Part shown: positions 42,277-51,002 of the stretch, in pieces
Numbering within the stretch: the stretch's first letter is position 1
Layout: the number at the start of each line of letters is the position of its first letter
DNA from: Myxococcota bacterium
GTDB taxonomy: Bacteria > Myxococcota > UBA4151
Direction of reading: 5' to 3'
Assembly: GCA_040260805.1 (NCBI GenBank)
Contig: JBDQPD010000004.1
Location: forward strand, 1 to 64,000
Length of the DNA: 64,000 bases
The notes under the pieces: generated by a model
Told to the model about the DNA's origin: nothing
Seen by the model: the letters and a program-made list of their open reading frames with translations, nothing else
The model's database searches: none
Position numbers and translations under genes: made by a program

Positions 42277-43619
42277 CCGTCCTCCTTAGTAGGTTCTTCA
42301 TCTTGTGGAACGACGCTGAGCGTAATTCCCTCAACCGACGTCACGCGAACGGTTGCCCCTTCGGTAATGTTCCGATCAGAGACAGCGCGCCACGTCGTGC
42401 CTCGCAGATCCAAACGTCCAGCTTCGTCGCCCACGATCGGCCAGACCAGCTCCCCGACCTCGCCGACCATTGCTTCTTTGCCCGTACTCGCCGGCGAGCG
42501 CATAGACCGCACCAGCAAACTACCGATCACTGCAGCGAGCAGCGCAAACCCAAGCGCCCCGGACCAGATCAATAAGGGTTCTACCCTAAAATCCGATTCT
42601 GGGACGTCAAAGAGCAGATACGATCCAATCACCAAACAGGCCATACCCACGCCCGTTAGGATGCCAAAGCTCGGAACGAACACCTCGGCCACCAAACAGA
42701 CCGCCGCAGCAGCCATGAGCAGCGCACCGAGCCAATTGACGGGCATCACCTGTACGCCCAAGACAATCGCAATACACGTCGCCCCTACGACCCCCGGCAC
42801 CATCAATCCAGGCGCTTTGAACTCGAGGAACAAACCGAACAATCCCACGAGCAGTAGAATGTACGCCAAGTTCGGGTTCGCCAGGAACTGGACCAGCTTT
42901 TGGCGAGCGCTCATCGCGTAGGGGATCACGACCACGGCTTCTGTGCTCAAGCTCGTTTGACGCTCAGGAAGCTTGACGACCCGCCCATGCAGCGAGCGGA
43001 TCAAGACATCTTCGTTACGAGCGATCAAATCGACCACGTTTTTCTCGAGCGCCTCTTGCTCGGGGATCGATGCAGACTCAGAGACCGCCTCGGCAGCCCA
43101 GTCTGCATTGCGTCCGCGCAGCTGAGCGATCGAGCGCGCCCAAGCGACGGTGTCGTTGGTCACCTTTTTGGCCATGTCCCCTTCGATATCCTTACCGAAA
43201 GCGGAGACCGGATGAGCGGCTCCAATGTTGGTCCCGGGCGCCATCGCTGCGATGTGAGCCGCCATCGTGATAAAGACACCTGCAGAGCCAGCTCGCGCTC
43301 CACTTTCACCCACCCACACAACGATCGGAACGTCGCTGTTGAGAAATGCAGCGACGATCTCGCGTGTCGCCGACAGGAGCCCACCAGGGGTATCCAGTCG
43401 AATGATCAGGGCCTGAGCTTGTTTCTCACGCGCATGGTCAATGGCTTCAGCCAAAAACTCGGCGGCAACTTTGGTGATCCCACCCACTAAGGACACCGTG
43501 ATCAATGGACCGGTACCCTGAGCCACAGGCAGCGCGGGCTTCTCTACAGGAGCCTTCGGCGGATCGACCGGCGGGGGACCGGCATCCAAAACAGTCGCGG
43601 CGAGCAAAATCATCAACAT
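42273..43619 (-). CDS. nfeD: NfeD family membrane-bound serine protease
   Basis: [33 protein letters not shown] bundle, C-terminal OB fold; start uncertain. Confidence 0.92.
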   Translation of the reverse strand: MLMILLAATVLDAGPPPVDPPKAPVEKPALPVAQGTGPLITVSLVGGITKVAAEFLAEAIDHAREKQAQALIIRLDTPGGLLSATREIVAAFLNSDVPIVVWVGESGARAGSAGVFITMAAHIAAMAPGTNIGAAHPVSAFGKDIEGDMAKKVTNDTVAWARSIAQLRGRNADWAAEAVSESASIPEQEALEKNVVDLIARNEDVLIRSLHGRVVKLPERQTSLSTEAVVVIPYAMSARQKLVQFLANPNLAYILLLVGLFGLFLEFKAPGLMVPGVVGATCIAIVLGVQVMPVNWLGALLMAAAAVCLVAEVFVPSFGILTGVGMACLVIGSYLLFDVPESDFRVEPLLIWSGALGFALLAAVIGSLLVRSMRSPASTGKEAMVGEVGELVWPIVGDEAGRLDLRGTTWRAVSDRNITEGATVRVTSVEGITLSVVPQDEEPTKEDG

Positions 43620-43698
43620 AAGCGGTATAGAACTCCAAAGTGACGGCTGAGCAAGTCCTCTTCTTGACCCCGTAGCCCAGCCCAGCGATGGCTGCACG

Positions 43699-44514
43699 GT
43701 GCTCCCCGAACAATTAACCGCACTGCTGCCTTTGATCGACACCGTCTCACCGGTGTCTGGAGGCGATATTCATCGTGCTTTTCGGGTCGTACTTGCGAGC
43801 GGCAAAATTATCTTTGCTAAAACACACGACGACCCGCCATCGGCGATCTTTGAGTGCGAGGCTGATGGTTTGGGGCTCCTTAATCGAGCAGCGCCAGGAT
43901 TGTGTCCCGAGGTCTTGGCGGTCTGCGACCAAGGCCTTGCCCTCGAGTGGCTAGAGCTCAAGCCGGGGAGGCGCGGCGCCGTCCTCGGTCGAGCGCTTGC
44001 GACCCTTCATCGCGTCCAAGCGCCAAGCTTTGGTGGTCAGCCTGACAACTACCTAGCGACCATCAAGCAAGCTCAGCCCGAGTGCTCGAGCTGGGCCGAA
44101 CTCTACACCGAACATCGCTTGGCTCCCCTCCTGCACAACCTACCGAGGTCGCTAGCCCGAGCCCTCGAGAGCCTGCTGCCTAAGCTCGCCAGCTTGCTTG
44201 ATTTACCCGACCCACCCAGCTGGCTACACGGTGATTTTTGGAGTGGAAATGCTGGCGAAACCACAGGTGGGAGAGCCTGCATATTTGATCCGGCAGTCTC
44301 AACCGGACACCGCGAGCAAGACCTTGCGATGACCCTTTTGTTCGGTGGCTTTAACGCTGATTTTTATCGCGCCTATGAAGAGGTTTATCCGCTAACCCAT
44401 GGCTGGCGAGATCGCGTCAGTCTGCACCAAATCTATCCTTTACTCGTTCATGTCGTGCTGTTTGGAGATGCATACCATCACCAAGCACTCGACGCCGTAG
44501 AACGCTGGCTCTGA
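43699..44514 (+). CDS. Fructosamine kinase family protein
   Basis: VSGGDIH, FAKT, EADGL, LHGDFWSGN, FDPA, HREQDLAM..LFGGF. Confidence 0.92.
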   Translation: MLPEQLTALLPLIDTVSPVSGGDIHRAFRVVLASGKIIFAKTHDDPPSAIFECEADGLGLLNRAAPGLCPEVLAVCDQGLALEWLELKPGRRGAVLGRALATLHRVQAPSFGGQPDNYLATIKQAQPECSSWAELYTEHRLAPLLHNLPRSLARALESLLPKLASLLDLPDPPSWLHGDFWSGNAGETTGGRACIFDPAVSTGHREQDLAMTLLFGGFNADFYRAYEEVYPLTHGWRDRVSLHQIYPLLVHVVLFGDAYHHQALDAVERWL

Positions 44515-44515
44515 C

Positions 44516-45844
44516 ATGCAAAGCGAGACCAAATTACCGGTTCCTTTCATCGTCGCCAGCATGGTGGCTGGAGCCATTCAACCGCTGATCGCATTGGTCG
44601 ACACGTATTTTGCTGCGCAGTTGAGCACCCAAGACCTCGCGTGCCTTGCACTGGGCGGCGGCATCTCAAGTTCGGTTGGCTGGGTCAGTGGTCAGTTAAT
44701 CGGTGGCTTTCCAGGGGTGCTCGGTCGGTTGAGCGGTCGCGGTGACGTCGAAGCGACTCGACGACTCAACGGCCAAGTCCTCGCCCTCGCTTTTGTCGTC
44801 GGTCTGATCGCCGCCGTACCGACTGCTTTGCTCTTAGGTGAAGGCGTGATGCTGCTCACTCAGAGCGAAGCGACTGGCTCGGGGGCTCGGCACTACTTAC
44901 AAATCCGGATGCTCGGCTTACCCTTTGAGATCTGTGGGTTTGTAATCTTTGGGATTTTGCGTGCCGGCTACCAAGCGGTGTGGACCCCTATTTTCGTGAT
45001 GCTCACCGCGCTGGTTGCCAACGCCTCGCTGAACGCCTTGTTTGTTTACGGCTTTGGCTGGGGCTTGAGCGGCTTGGCGCTCGGCTCGTCGTTAGCCCCA
45101 CTTGCCGCAGTCTTATGCGCCGCTGTGCCGATCACCCGCTGGCGCGGCTGGTCGCTGGGGCTTGGTATGAAGGCGGTGCGCCAGATGCGTCTGGATCCGA
45201 TGACCAAACTCTCAGCGCGCCTAGGACGCGTCGCTCTATCTCGCGGGCTTCTGCTCAACGCCGTTTTGATCAGCAGCTCACTCGTCGCTGAGCGGTTTTC
45301 GACGAGCGAGCTCGCAGCCCATGGTTTAGCGATACAAATCTGGTTGTTGATCGCTTTTCTGCTCGATGGCTTCGCACACGCTGGATTAGCTTTTGGGAGT
45401 CGACTGCTCGGCGCTGGGCATTTTGAACGGGCGCGCAAGCTGGCGTGGCGCCTCGTCGTCACCAGCGCAGGGCTGGCCGCCCTGATCGCCGCTGGATTGT
45501 TCGCCCTCTGGACAGCACTGCCATCGGGCTTCGGGTTGGATGGAGTCGCCGCTGCTGCTTTTGCGGCGGTGCTGCTTCCCATGTGCGTCCAGACCTTACC
45601 TGCAAGCGTTGCGTTCGTCGCAGATGGGATGCTCAAAGGCGCTGGAGACCTCGCCTTTTTGGCGCAGCAAATGGCCGTGGCTAGCCTGGTCGCTTTTCCC
45701 ATCGGGCTGCTCGTTTTTGGCGACAACTTACGCGGCCTTTGGTGGGCGATGACAGCGTGGGTGAGCACGCGCGCCCTGCTGTGTGCGTGGCGCCTCAGAG
45801 GCACGTCTTGGATCCGGATTGCCCGCAGTCAAATCGAGAATTAG
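44516..45844 (+). CDS. MATE family efflux transporter (DinF-like)
   Basis: PLIALVDT, YLQIR, LAAHG, LDGFAHAG, DGMLKGAGD; about 12 TM segments. Confidence 0.88.
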   Translation: MQSETKLPVPFIVASMVAGAIQPLIALVDTYFAAQLSTQDLACLALGGGISSSVGWVSGQLIGGFPGVLGRLSGRGDVEATRRLNGQVLALAFVVGLIAAVPTALLLGEGVMLLTQSEATGSGARHYLQIRMLGLPFEICGFVIFGILRAGYQAVWTPIFVMLTALVANASLNALFVYGFGWGLSGLALGSSLAPLAAVLCAAVPITRWRGWSLGLGMKAVRQMRLDPMTKLSARLGRVALSRGLLLNAVLISSSLVAERFSTSELAAHGLAIQIWLLIAFLLDGFAHAGLAFGSRLLGAGHFERARKLAWRLVVTSAGLAALIAAGLFALWTALPSGFGLDGVAAAAFAAVLLPMCVQTLPASVAFVADGMLKGAGDLAFLAQQMAVASLVAFPIGLLVFGDNLRGLWWAMTAWVSTRALLCAWRLRGTSWIRIARSQIEN

Positions 45845-45921
45845 GAGAAATCCGGTTCCAAGCGCTTGACGTTTTGGAACGATAGACGTTGGGATCACAA
45901 CGCTTAGAAAATGGAGCCCTC

Positions 45922-48636
45922 ATGCGCCTCGCTACGATTTTTACGCTCGCTTTATGTTCAACCACTTGGCTGGGTTGTGACACCACCAGCAATGTGGGCG
46001 ACACCCCTCCCGCCTGTGTTCCGTCCGATGAAGTCTGTGACGGCATCGACAACAATTGCGATGGCGACATTGATGAAGGGTTTGATGTCGGCGAAGCCTG
46101 CAGCAGCGGTTTGGGCGCTTGCGAGAGCGCTGGCGTCTTAGCGTGCGGCGACGACGGCGCAGCCGTTTGTGACGCTGCGGTGATCGAGCCGAGCGAAGAG
46201 CTCTGCGACGGCATCGACAACAACTGCGATGGCACCATCGATGATGGCTTCAATGTAGGCGATGCGTGCAGCGGCGGCGTGGGTACCTGCGCAAGCGAAG
46301 GCGTGATCAGCTGCTCAGAAGACGGAACCGCTTCGTTGTGTGACGCCGTCGCCGGCGAGCCGAGTGCTGAGCTCTGTGACGGCTTGGACAACGACTGCGA
46401 CGGCGACAGCGACGAAGACTTCAACCTTGGCGATGCCTGTGAGTCTGGCGTCGGCGCCTGCCTTTCAGCAGGCGTTAACGCTTGCGGCGAAGACGGCGCA
46501 GTGATCTGCGATGCGCCAGTGATCGAGCCCACCGAAGAGCTCTGCGATGGCATCGACAACAACTGCGATGGGGACGCCGACGAAACCTTCAACGTCGGTG
46601 AAGCATGCGAAGCCGGCATCGGCGCTTGCCTCGCCCAGGGCGCGCTCGCCTGCACGGACGATGGCGGTATCGCCTGCAACGCCGTGCCGGGTGCTCCGTC
46701 TGAAGAGCTCTGCGATGGCATCGACAACAACTGTGACGGCGACACCGACGAGAGCTACAACGTGGGCAGCGCGTGCCGAAACGGCGTCGGCGCTTGCGTT
46801 GCGGAGGGACAGTTTGCTTGCCAAAACGATGGAACGGCTGCTTGCAACGCAGTGCCCGGTGACCCAAGCGAAGAGCTCTGCGATGGTATCGACAACAACT
46901 GCGACGGCGACACCGATGAACCCTTTAACGTCGGCGGCGAATGCAGCAACGGCGTGGGCGCTTGCGAAGCGGCCGGCGCGATCGCCTGCCTGCGTGACGG
47001 CACGGCGGCGTGCAACGCAGTGCCCGGCGATCCGACCGAAGAGCGCTGTGATGGGGTCGACAACAACTGCGACGGTGACACTGATGAACCCTTCAACGTG
47101 GGCCGCGAATGCAGCAACGGCGTAGGTGCCTGCGAAGCAGCCGGCGAAATCGCCTGCCTGCGTGACGGCACGGCGGCGTGCAACGCCGTCGCGGGTGACC
47201 CGAGCGATGAGATTTGTGACGCCGCAGACAACGACTGCGACGGCGACACCGATGAGGGCTTCCGAGTCGGTGCAGCCTGCTCGAGCAGCTTAGGTGAGTG
47301 CTCAAACGAAGGCGAAATCGCTTGCCTTGATGACGGCACGGCGAGCTGCAACGCAGCAGAACCCGTGGTGGCAGAAGAGATCTGCGACGACGTGGACAAC
47401 GACTGCGATGGCTGGATTGATGAACGCTGTGACCGACCCGGTATGCTAAGCGGCATTCAAACCGGTGGGGTCGTCAGTGAGTTGCAAAGCGAGGGCTGGG
47501 AGGTCTGTCACCGCAGCGCCATGAACACCCGAAACCATTCGCTGCAAGAGGTGTTGAGCGACTGTGAAGGTGCTCAGTTGATGATGGCTTGCGGAGAGGT
47601 CAACGCGGACCAGCTCACCCTCAACGCCTCAGGAACCTTTGCCGGCGTCACGACAGTCGTTGAAAACAACTCAACAGGTTCGCATCAACACAACGGCGCC
47701 ACTTGGTATTACAATGAGAGCCGCTCGTGGGGCTTTGCGCCCGCAGACGAAGCCGTCAGCAGAAACACCTGTGACACGAACAATCTGAACGCTGACGGGG
47801 AAACCCGAATGTGCATTCACACTGAAAACGGAAACATCGGCGCAGGGTTCCGATGCGGAAACAATCGATTGAACGCCTCGGCGGACTGGGAACGACTGAT
47901 TCTTCGACGCACCGGTCAGTTCTCGTTCCGCGACGAACTTGCGACGCGCGTCGTACGCGGCGAGGGCAATCACGACGGCGTCTTGCAAGCCTACGTCGAC
48001 GGCGCGTGGGGTTATGTTTGCGATGATGTCTTTGACCGAAACAATAACGCAGCGATCGTCTCGTGCCGGCAAATGGGTTACGATGGCGGAAGCCATTCAA
48101 ACGCCAACACGGGAACCAACGAGTTTGCGCTTGATGATGTGAGCTGCGCTTCAGACCAGTTTGAACGCTTGACCCAGTGCACCTCAACCACGCGAGAAAA
48201 CTGCAGCGCGAGTGAAGGCGTTCGTCTGACCTGCGACGGCGGCTCACGCTTGGTGCGTCGCAACGGCGACAATGAGCGCACTGGTATCCTTGAGGTGTAT
48301 GCCCAAGGCACATGGGGTCCGGTCTGCGATGATGGATTCGACGGCAACCTCAACGGGGCCGAGGTCGCCTGTAAAGAGATGGGCTACCCGGGTGCGCTGC
48401 GCCAGCTGGACGTTCGATCAGCAAACAACAACTTTAAGCTGGATAACGTCCAATGCGTTGGAAATGAACACGATCTACTCGACTGCCCTCGCTACGGAAA
48501 CTCTCAGATTAACCAACACAACTGCAGCACGACCGAAGCGGTCGGTCTGGAATGTTTGGCGTGGGGTGCGTGCCGCAACGACAGCCACTGCGATGGTGTT
48601 GAAACCTGCGTGAATGGTTCGTGTGAGCTGCCCTAA
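45922..48636 (+). CDS. Lipoprotein with MopE-like/putative metal-binding Cys-Asp repeats, an unknown Cys domain and two SRCR-like domains
   Basis: Lipobox WLG-C; nine E-x-CD-x2-DN-x-CDG motifs; GAWGYVCDD...VSCRQMGY and GTWGPVCDDGF...VACKEMGY. Confidence 0.88.
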   Translation: MRLATIFTLALCSTTWLGCDTTSNVGDTPPACVPSDEVCDGIDNNCDGDIDEGFDVGEACSSGLGACESAGVLACGDDGAAVCDAAVIEPSEELCDGIDNNCDGTIDDGFNVGDACSGGVGTCASEGVISCSEDGTASLCDAVAGEPSAELCDGLDNDCDGDSDEDFNLGDACESGVGACLSAGVNACGEDGAVICDAPVIEPTEELCDGIDNNCDGDADETFNVGEACEAGIGACLAQGALACTDDGGIACNAVPGAPSEELCDGIDNNCDGDTDESYNVGSACRNGVGACVAEGQFACQNDGTAACNAVPGDPSEELCDGIDNNCDGDTDEPFNVGGECSNGVGACEAAGAIACLRDGTAACNAVPGDPTEERCDGVDNNCDGDTDEPFNVGRECSNGVGACEAAGEIACLRDGTAACNAVAGDPSDEICDAADNDCDGDTDEGFRVGAACSSSLGECSNEGEIACLDDGTASCNAAEPVVAEEICDDVDNDCDGWIDERCDRPGMLSGIQTGGVVSELQSEGWEVCHRSAMNTRNHSLQEVLSDCEGAQLMMACGEVNADQLTLNASGTFAGVTTVVENNSTGSHQHNGATWYYNESRSWGFAPADEAVSRNTCDTNNLNADGETRMCIHTENGNIGAGFRCGNNRLNASADWERLILRRTGQFSFRDELATRVVRGEGNHDGVLQAYVDGAWGYVCDDVFDRNNNAAIVSCRQMGYDGGSHSNANTGTNEFALDDVSCASDQFERLTQCTSTTRENCSASEGVRLTCDGGSRLVRRNGDNERTGILEVYAQGTWGPVCDDGFDGNLNGAEVACKEMGYPGALRQLDVRSANNNFKLDNVQCVGNEHDLLDCPRYGNSQINQHNCSTTEAVGLECLAWGACRNDSHCDGVETCVNGSCELP
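46027..47430 (+). repeat. Intragenic tandem repeat, mostly 168 bp (56 aa)
   Basis: Equivalent codons at 46201, 46372, 46540, 46708, 46876, 47044; the two units around 46870-47200 are near-identical in DNA. Confidence 0.92.
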
Positions 48637-48663
48637 CGAAGGGTTAGGCTGAGCGTCATAAAG

Positions 48664-48698
48664 TCAAAGCCCGGGCTCGTGCCTGGGCTTTGATTTTT
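48664..48698 (+). terminator. Intrinsic terminator after the SRCR lipoprotein gene
   Basis: TCAAAGCCCGGGC-TCGT-GCCTGGGCTTTGA-TTTTT. Confidence 0.75.
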
Positions 48699-48909
48699 AA
48701 CACCGACTCGACGGCGAGCCAAAGCGCTGGTCGTTGAACCGGCAGAGAACCCAGACCAGCCTGTTCAGCTCAGGTGATCAAGCATCCGAAACCCAAGCCA
48801 CCCCTAATGGATCATCACAATGCGCTGTGCGCGAGCTCCGAGGCTCCAGCTAGGGGTGAGCCTAGGCGTGCCGTTGGCTCTGGAGCAAAAGCCCATCTGA
48901 GCGCAGGGT

Positions 48910-48945
48910 AAAAACAACAAAGCCCGAGCAGCTGCCCGGGCTTTG
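48910..48945 (-). terminator. Intrinsic terminator after 48968..50068
   Basis: Minus strand CAAAGCCCGGGC-AGCT-GCTCGGGCTTTG-TTGTTTTT. Confidence 0.78.
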
Positions 48946-48967
48946 CAATGCACCCTAAAGGGTTTGA

Positions 48968-50068
48968 TCAGCGGATGTTGCGGATCGAGGTCATGCTCAT
49001 GTCGTGCATGGTCTTCAGGATGTTCGAGATCAGATCGTGCATCTCTTTGCGCTTGTTCATCGCCTGCTGAATCTTGAAGTTCAACACGCTCTTCGAGTGG
49101 TCTTTGTCACCGCCAGCTTTGCCGCCGCCCATGACGCCTTGGCCGACTGCGCCGCCGATGCCTTGTCCGAGCTTAGCGCCCAAAGGACCACCGATCATGC
49201 CACCAAGGATACCACCGCCTGCTTGGAAGAGCTTCGAACCGACGCTCTTGAACATGTTCTTGATGCCGCCAAAGAGGCCGCCCTTCTTCTTCTTCTTACC
49301 CAAAGCTTCGTACTTCTTCATCAAGCCTTCGAGTTCTTTGTCCGCTTCACGCATTTGGGTGAAGAGGAACGCTGCGAGGCGATCTTCGATCGAGCCGCCG
49401 GCACCGACGAGGGCGCTCATGTCACTTTGACCCGAGCCCTGTTGGCCCATGATGCTGTTGCCGATCTTCTGACCCGCTTTCTCGACGAGGCTCGCCAAGT
49501 TCTGGTCCATGCGAGCGAGCGATCCGAACAAGGTTCCAGCCATGGGGTTCATGGCTGCCATGCCAGCGCCCATGCCGAAGCCGAGATGCGGCGGGACAGC
49601 GCCCATCTGGTTCTTGACCACGGTGATGCGACCGTCAGCGCGACCGTCAAGGACGATGCGACCACCGATCATACCTTCCATGCGATTGCGGAACGCCGGG
49701 TTGCGCATAATGGCACGCTCAAGCGAACGAGCAGCGCGGCGGCTACGACCCATTTTGAGGTCACGGACCTCTGTGCGGGTGGTGCCGAAGGGATTGCTGT
49801 AGGTGTTGCTGTGCAGTAACCGGCTGCGACCAAGCCCGCGGCGGGGGCTCTGCATGCTGAACGGTTTGGGCAGCTTGCCAATCATGGCGTCAAAGCCTTG
49901 CGTCGGAAGACCCGAGAAAGCGTCCTGCATGTTGCGGAAGTAGCCCGCCAGGTTGCCCGTCATCAGGTCGACGTTAGCGCCTTGAAGATCACCCACCATG
50001 TCAGGGTAGCCCAGGCTATCCAGCATACGGTTCAGATTGGTACCGAGGGAGTTGGCTCCAATGACCAT
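48968..50068 (-). CDS. Putative type III secretion substrate: glycine-zipper protein with needle/filament-subunit-like C-terminus
   Basis: RBS AGGAGA, no Sec signal; KKKKK then GGLFGGIKNMF...GGGILGGMIGGPLGAKLGQGIGGAVG; ends IQQAMNKRKEMHDLISNILKTMHDMSMTSIRNIR. The function is inferred. Confidence 0.6.
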   Translation of the reverse strand: MVIGANSLGTNLNRMLDSLGYPDMVGDLQGANVDLMTGNLAGYFRNMQDAFSGLPTQGFDAMIGKLPKPFSMQSPRRGLGRSRLLHSNTYSNPFGTTRTEVRDLKMGRSRRAARSLERAIMRNPAFRNRMEGMIGGRIVLDGRADGRITVVKNQMGAVPPHLGFGMGAGMAAMNPMAGTLFGSLARMDQNLASLVEKAGQKIGNSIMGQQGSGQSDMSALVGAGGSIEDRLAAFLFTQMREADKELEGLMKKYEALGKKKKKGGLFGGIKNMFKSVGSKLFQAGGGILGGMIGGPLGAKLGQGIGGAVGQGVMGGGKAGGDKDHSKSVLNFKIQQAMNKRKEMHDLISNILKTMHDMSMTSIRNIR

Positions 50069-50133
50069 TGTGTTCTCCTATCATCGGGCATTTCACGCCC
50101 AGGGTTTGGTTTGTTCACAAGCTGTATCGGTTG

Positions 50134-50577
50134 TTATGCTTGTGGGGTTGCGGCCTCAGCTAATATTTTTTTCAAGAAAAGAGCAGCGTGCTGGCCACCA
50201 GCTCCTTCTGCTTGGTCGCATGCGATGCGCAAGTCCGTACCTGCGCCCTGCCCATCGCCCAGCTGCAGCCGCAGGCGCGCACGAGCGACGCGCAGGCGAG
50301 CATCACCAGGAGATACCTTTAGAGCATCGTCTAAATACGACAACGCCTCTTGATGTGCGCCACGCTCGGTCAGCATCAGCCCCAGCAAACGAAGAACCTG
50401 GGCGTTGCTCGGGTCCAGAGCCCTGAGCCCACGCAACATCACCATCGCTTCATCGCTTCGACCGTTCTCATGCAAAGCCAGCGCATCGTGACACAAAGCA
50501 GCAAGCGCTGCCGGGCTATGCCCACGCAGTTCAGCCAGGGTGCTGCGGCCCTCGATCAGGTCTCTCGCTGCGCTCAT
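50134..50577 (-). CDS. SycD/LcrH-like TPR chaperone (T3SS class II)
   Basis: STLAELRGHSPAALAAL...LHENGRSDEA...LRALDP, three TPRs, 147 aa; next to sctU. Confidence 0.7.
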   Translation of the reverse strand: MSAARDLIEGRSTLAELRGHSPAALAALCHDALALHENGRSDEAMVMLRGLRALDPSNAQVLRLLGLMLTERGAHQEALSYLDDALKVSPGDARLRVARARLRLQLGDGQGAGTDLRIACDQAEGAGGQHAALFLKKILAEAATPQA

Positions 50578-51002
50578 GACGCTCGCTCGCTCGCGGCGCG
50601 TGAGCGCACCTCAAGACGCAAGCGCTCGGTCTTGCGCATCATCTCAACCAAGGCCGCCTCGTCTGCGAGCAGACGATTGAGCCGCTCAAGCTCAACCTCG
50701 GTTAGGCTTGGGTCATCCAAATCTAAATCGAGATCGCTTCGGGCGTTGTCCATAAAGGCAGCCATCAACTGAGCGAAGCGTGTCGGCTCAGGCAGCTCTT
50801 CTTCGAGTTCCCAAACCAACTGACGCCGCCGCTGATCCGGATCGATCTTCTCGAGCACGCCATGCTCGGGCAGCGGTGCGGTGCGCGGATCAAAACTAGC
50901 CGGCCCTGCGTCCTTGACCTTGTGGTCACTGGTGACGCCTGCCGGTGTGACCGGGAACCCCCAGCCGCCACCTACTGAACTTGATCCGACTCGCTTGTTC
51001 AT
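50574..51002 (-). CDS. Hypothetical protein
   Basis: 142 aa; ATGA overlaps with both neighbours; acidic, helical C-terminus. Confidence 0.7.
   Translation of the reverse strand: MNKRVGSSSVGGGWGFPVTPAGVTSDHKVKDAGPASFDPRTAPLPEHGVLEKIDPDQRRRQLVWELEEELPEPTRFAQLMAAFMDNARSDLDLDLDDPSLTEVELERLNRLLADEAALVEMMRKTERLRLEVRSRAASERAS

Noticed and set aside
46027..47430. Possible CRISPR array
   Set aside because: Period is 168 bp, in frame, with synonymous variation and homologous 'spacers'; no cas genes.
45795..47456. Ser/Pro/Gln-rich repetitive minus-strand ORFs
   Set aside because: Reverse-frame translations of the 168-bp coding repeats.
48700..48910. 6S RNA or tRNA call
   Set aside because: No long end-to-end pairing or cloverleaf visible; kept only as a weak ncRNA candidate.
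49004..49819. 271-aa plus-strand ORF
   Set aside because: Antisense to 48968..50068, which has the RBS, terminator and operon context.
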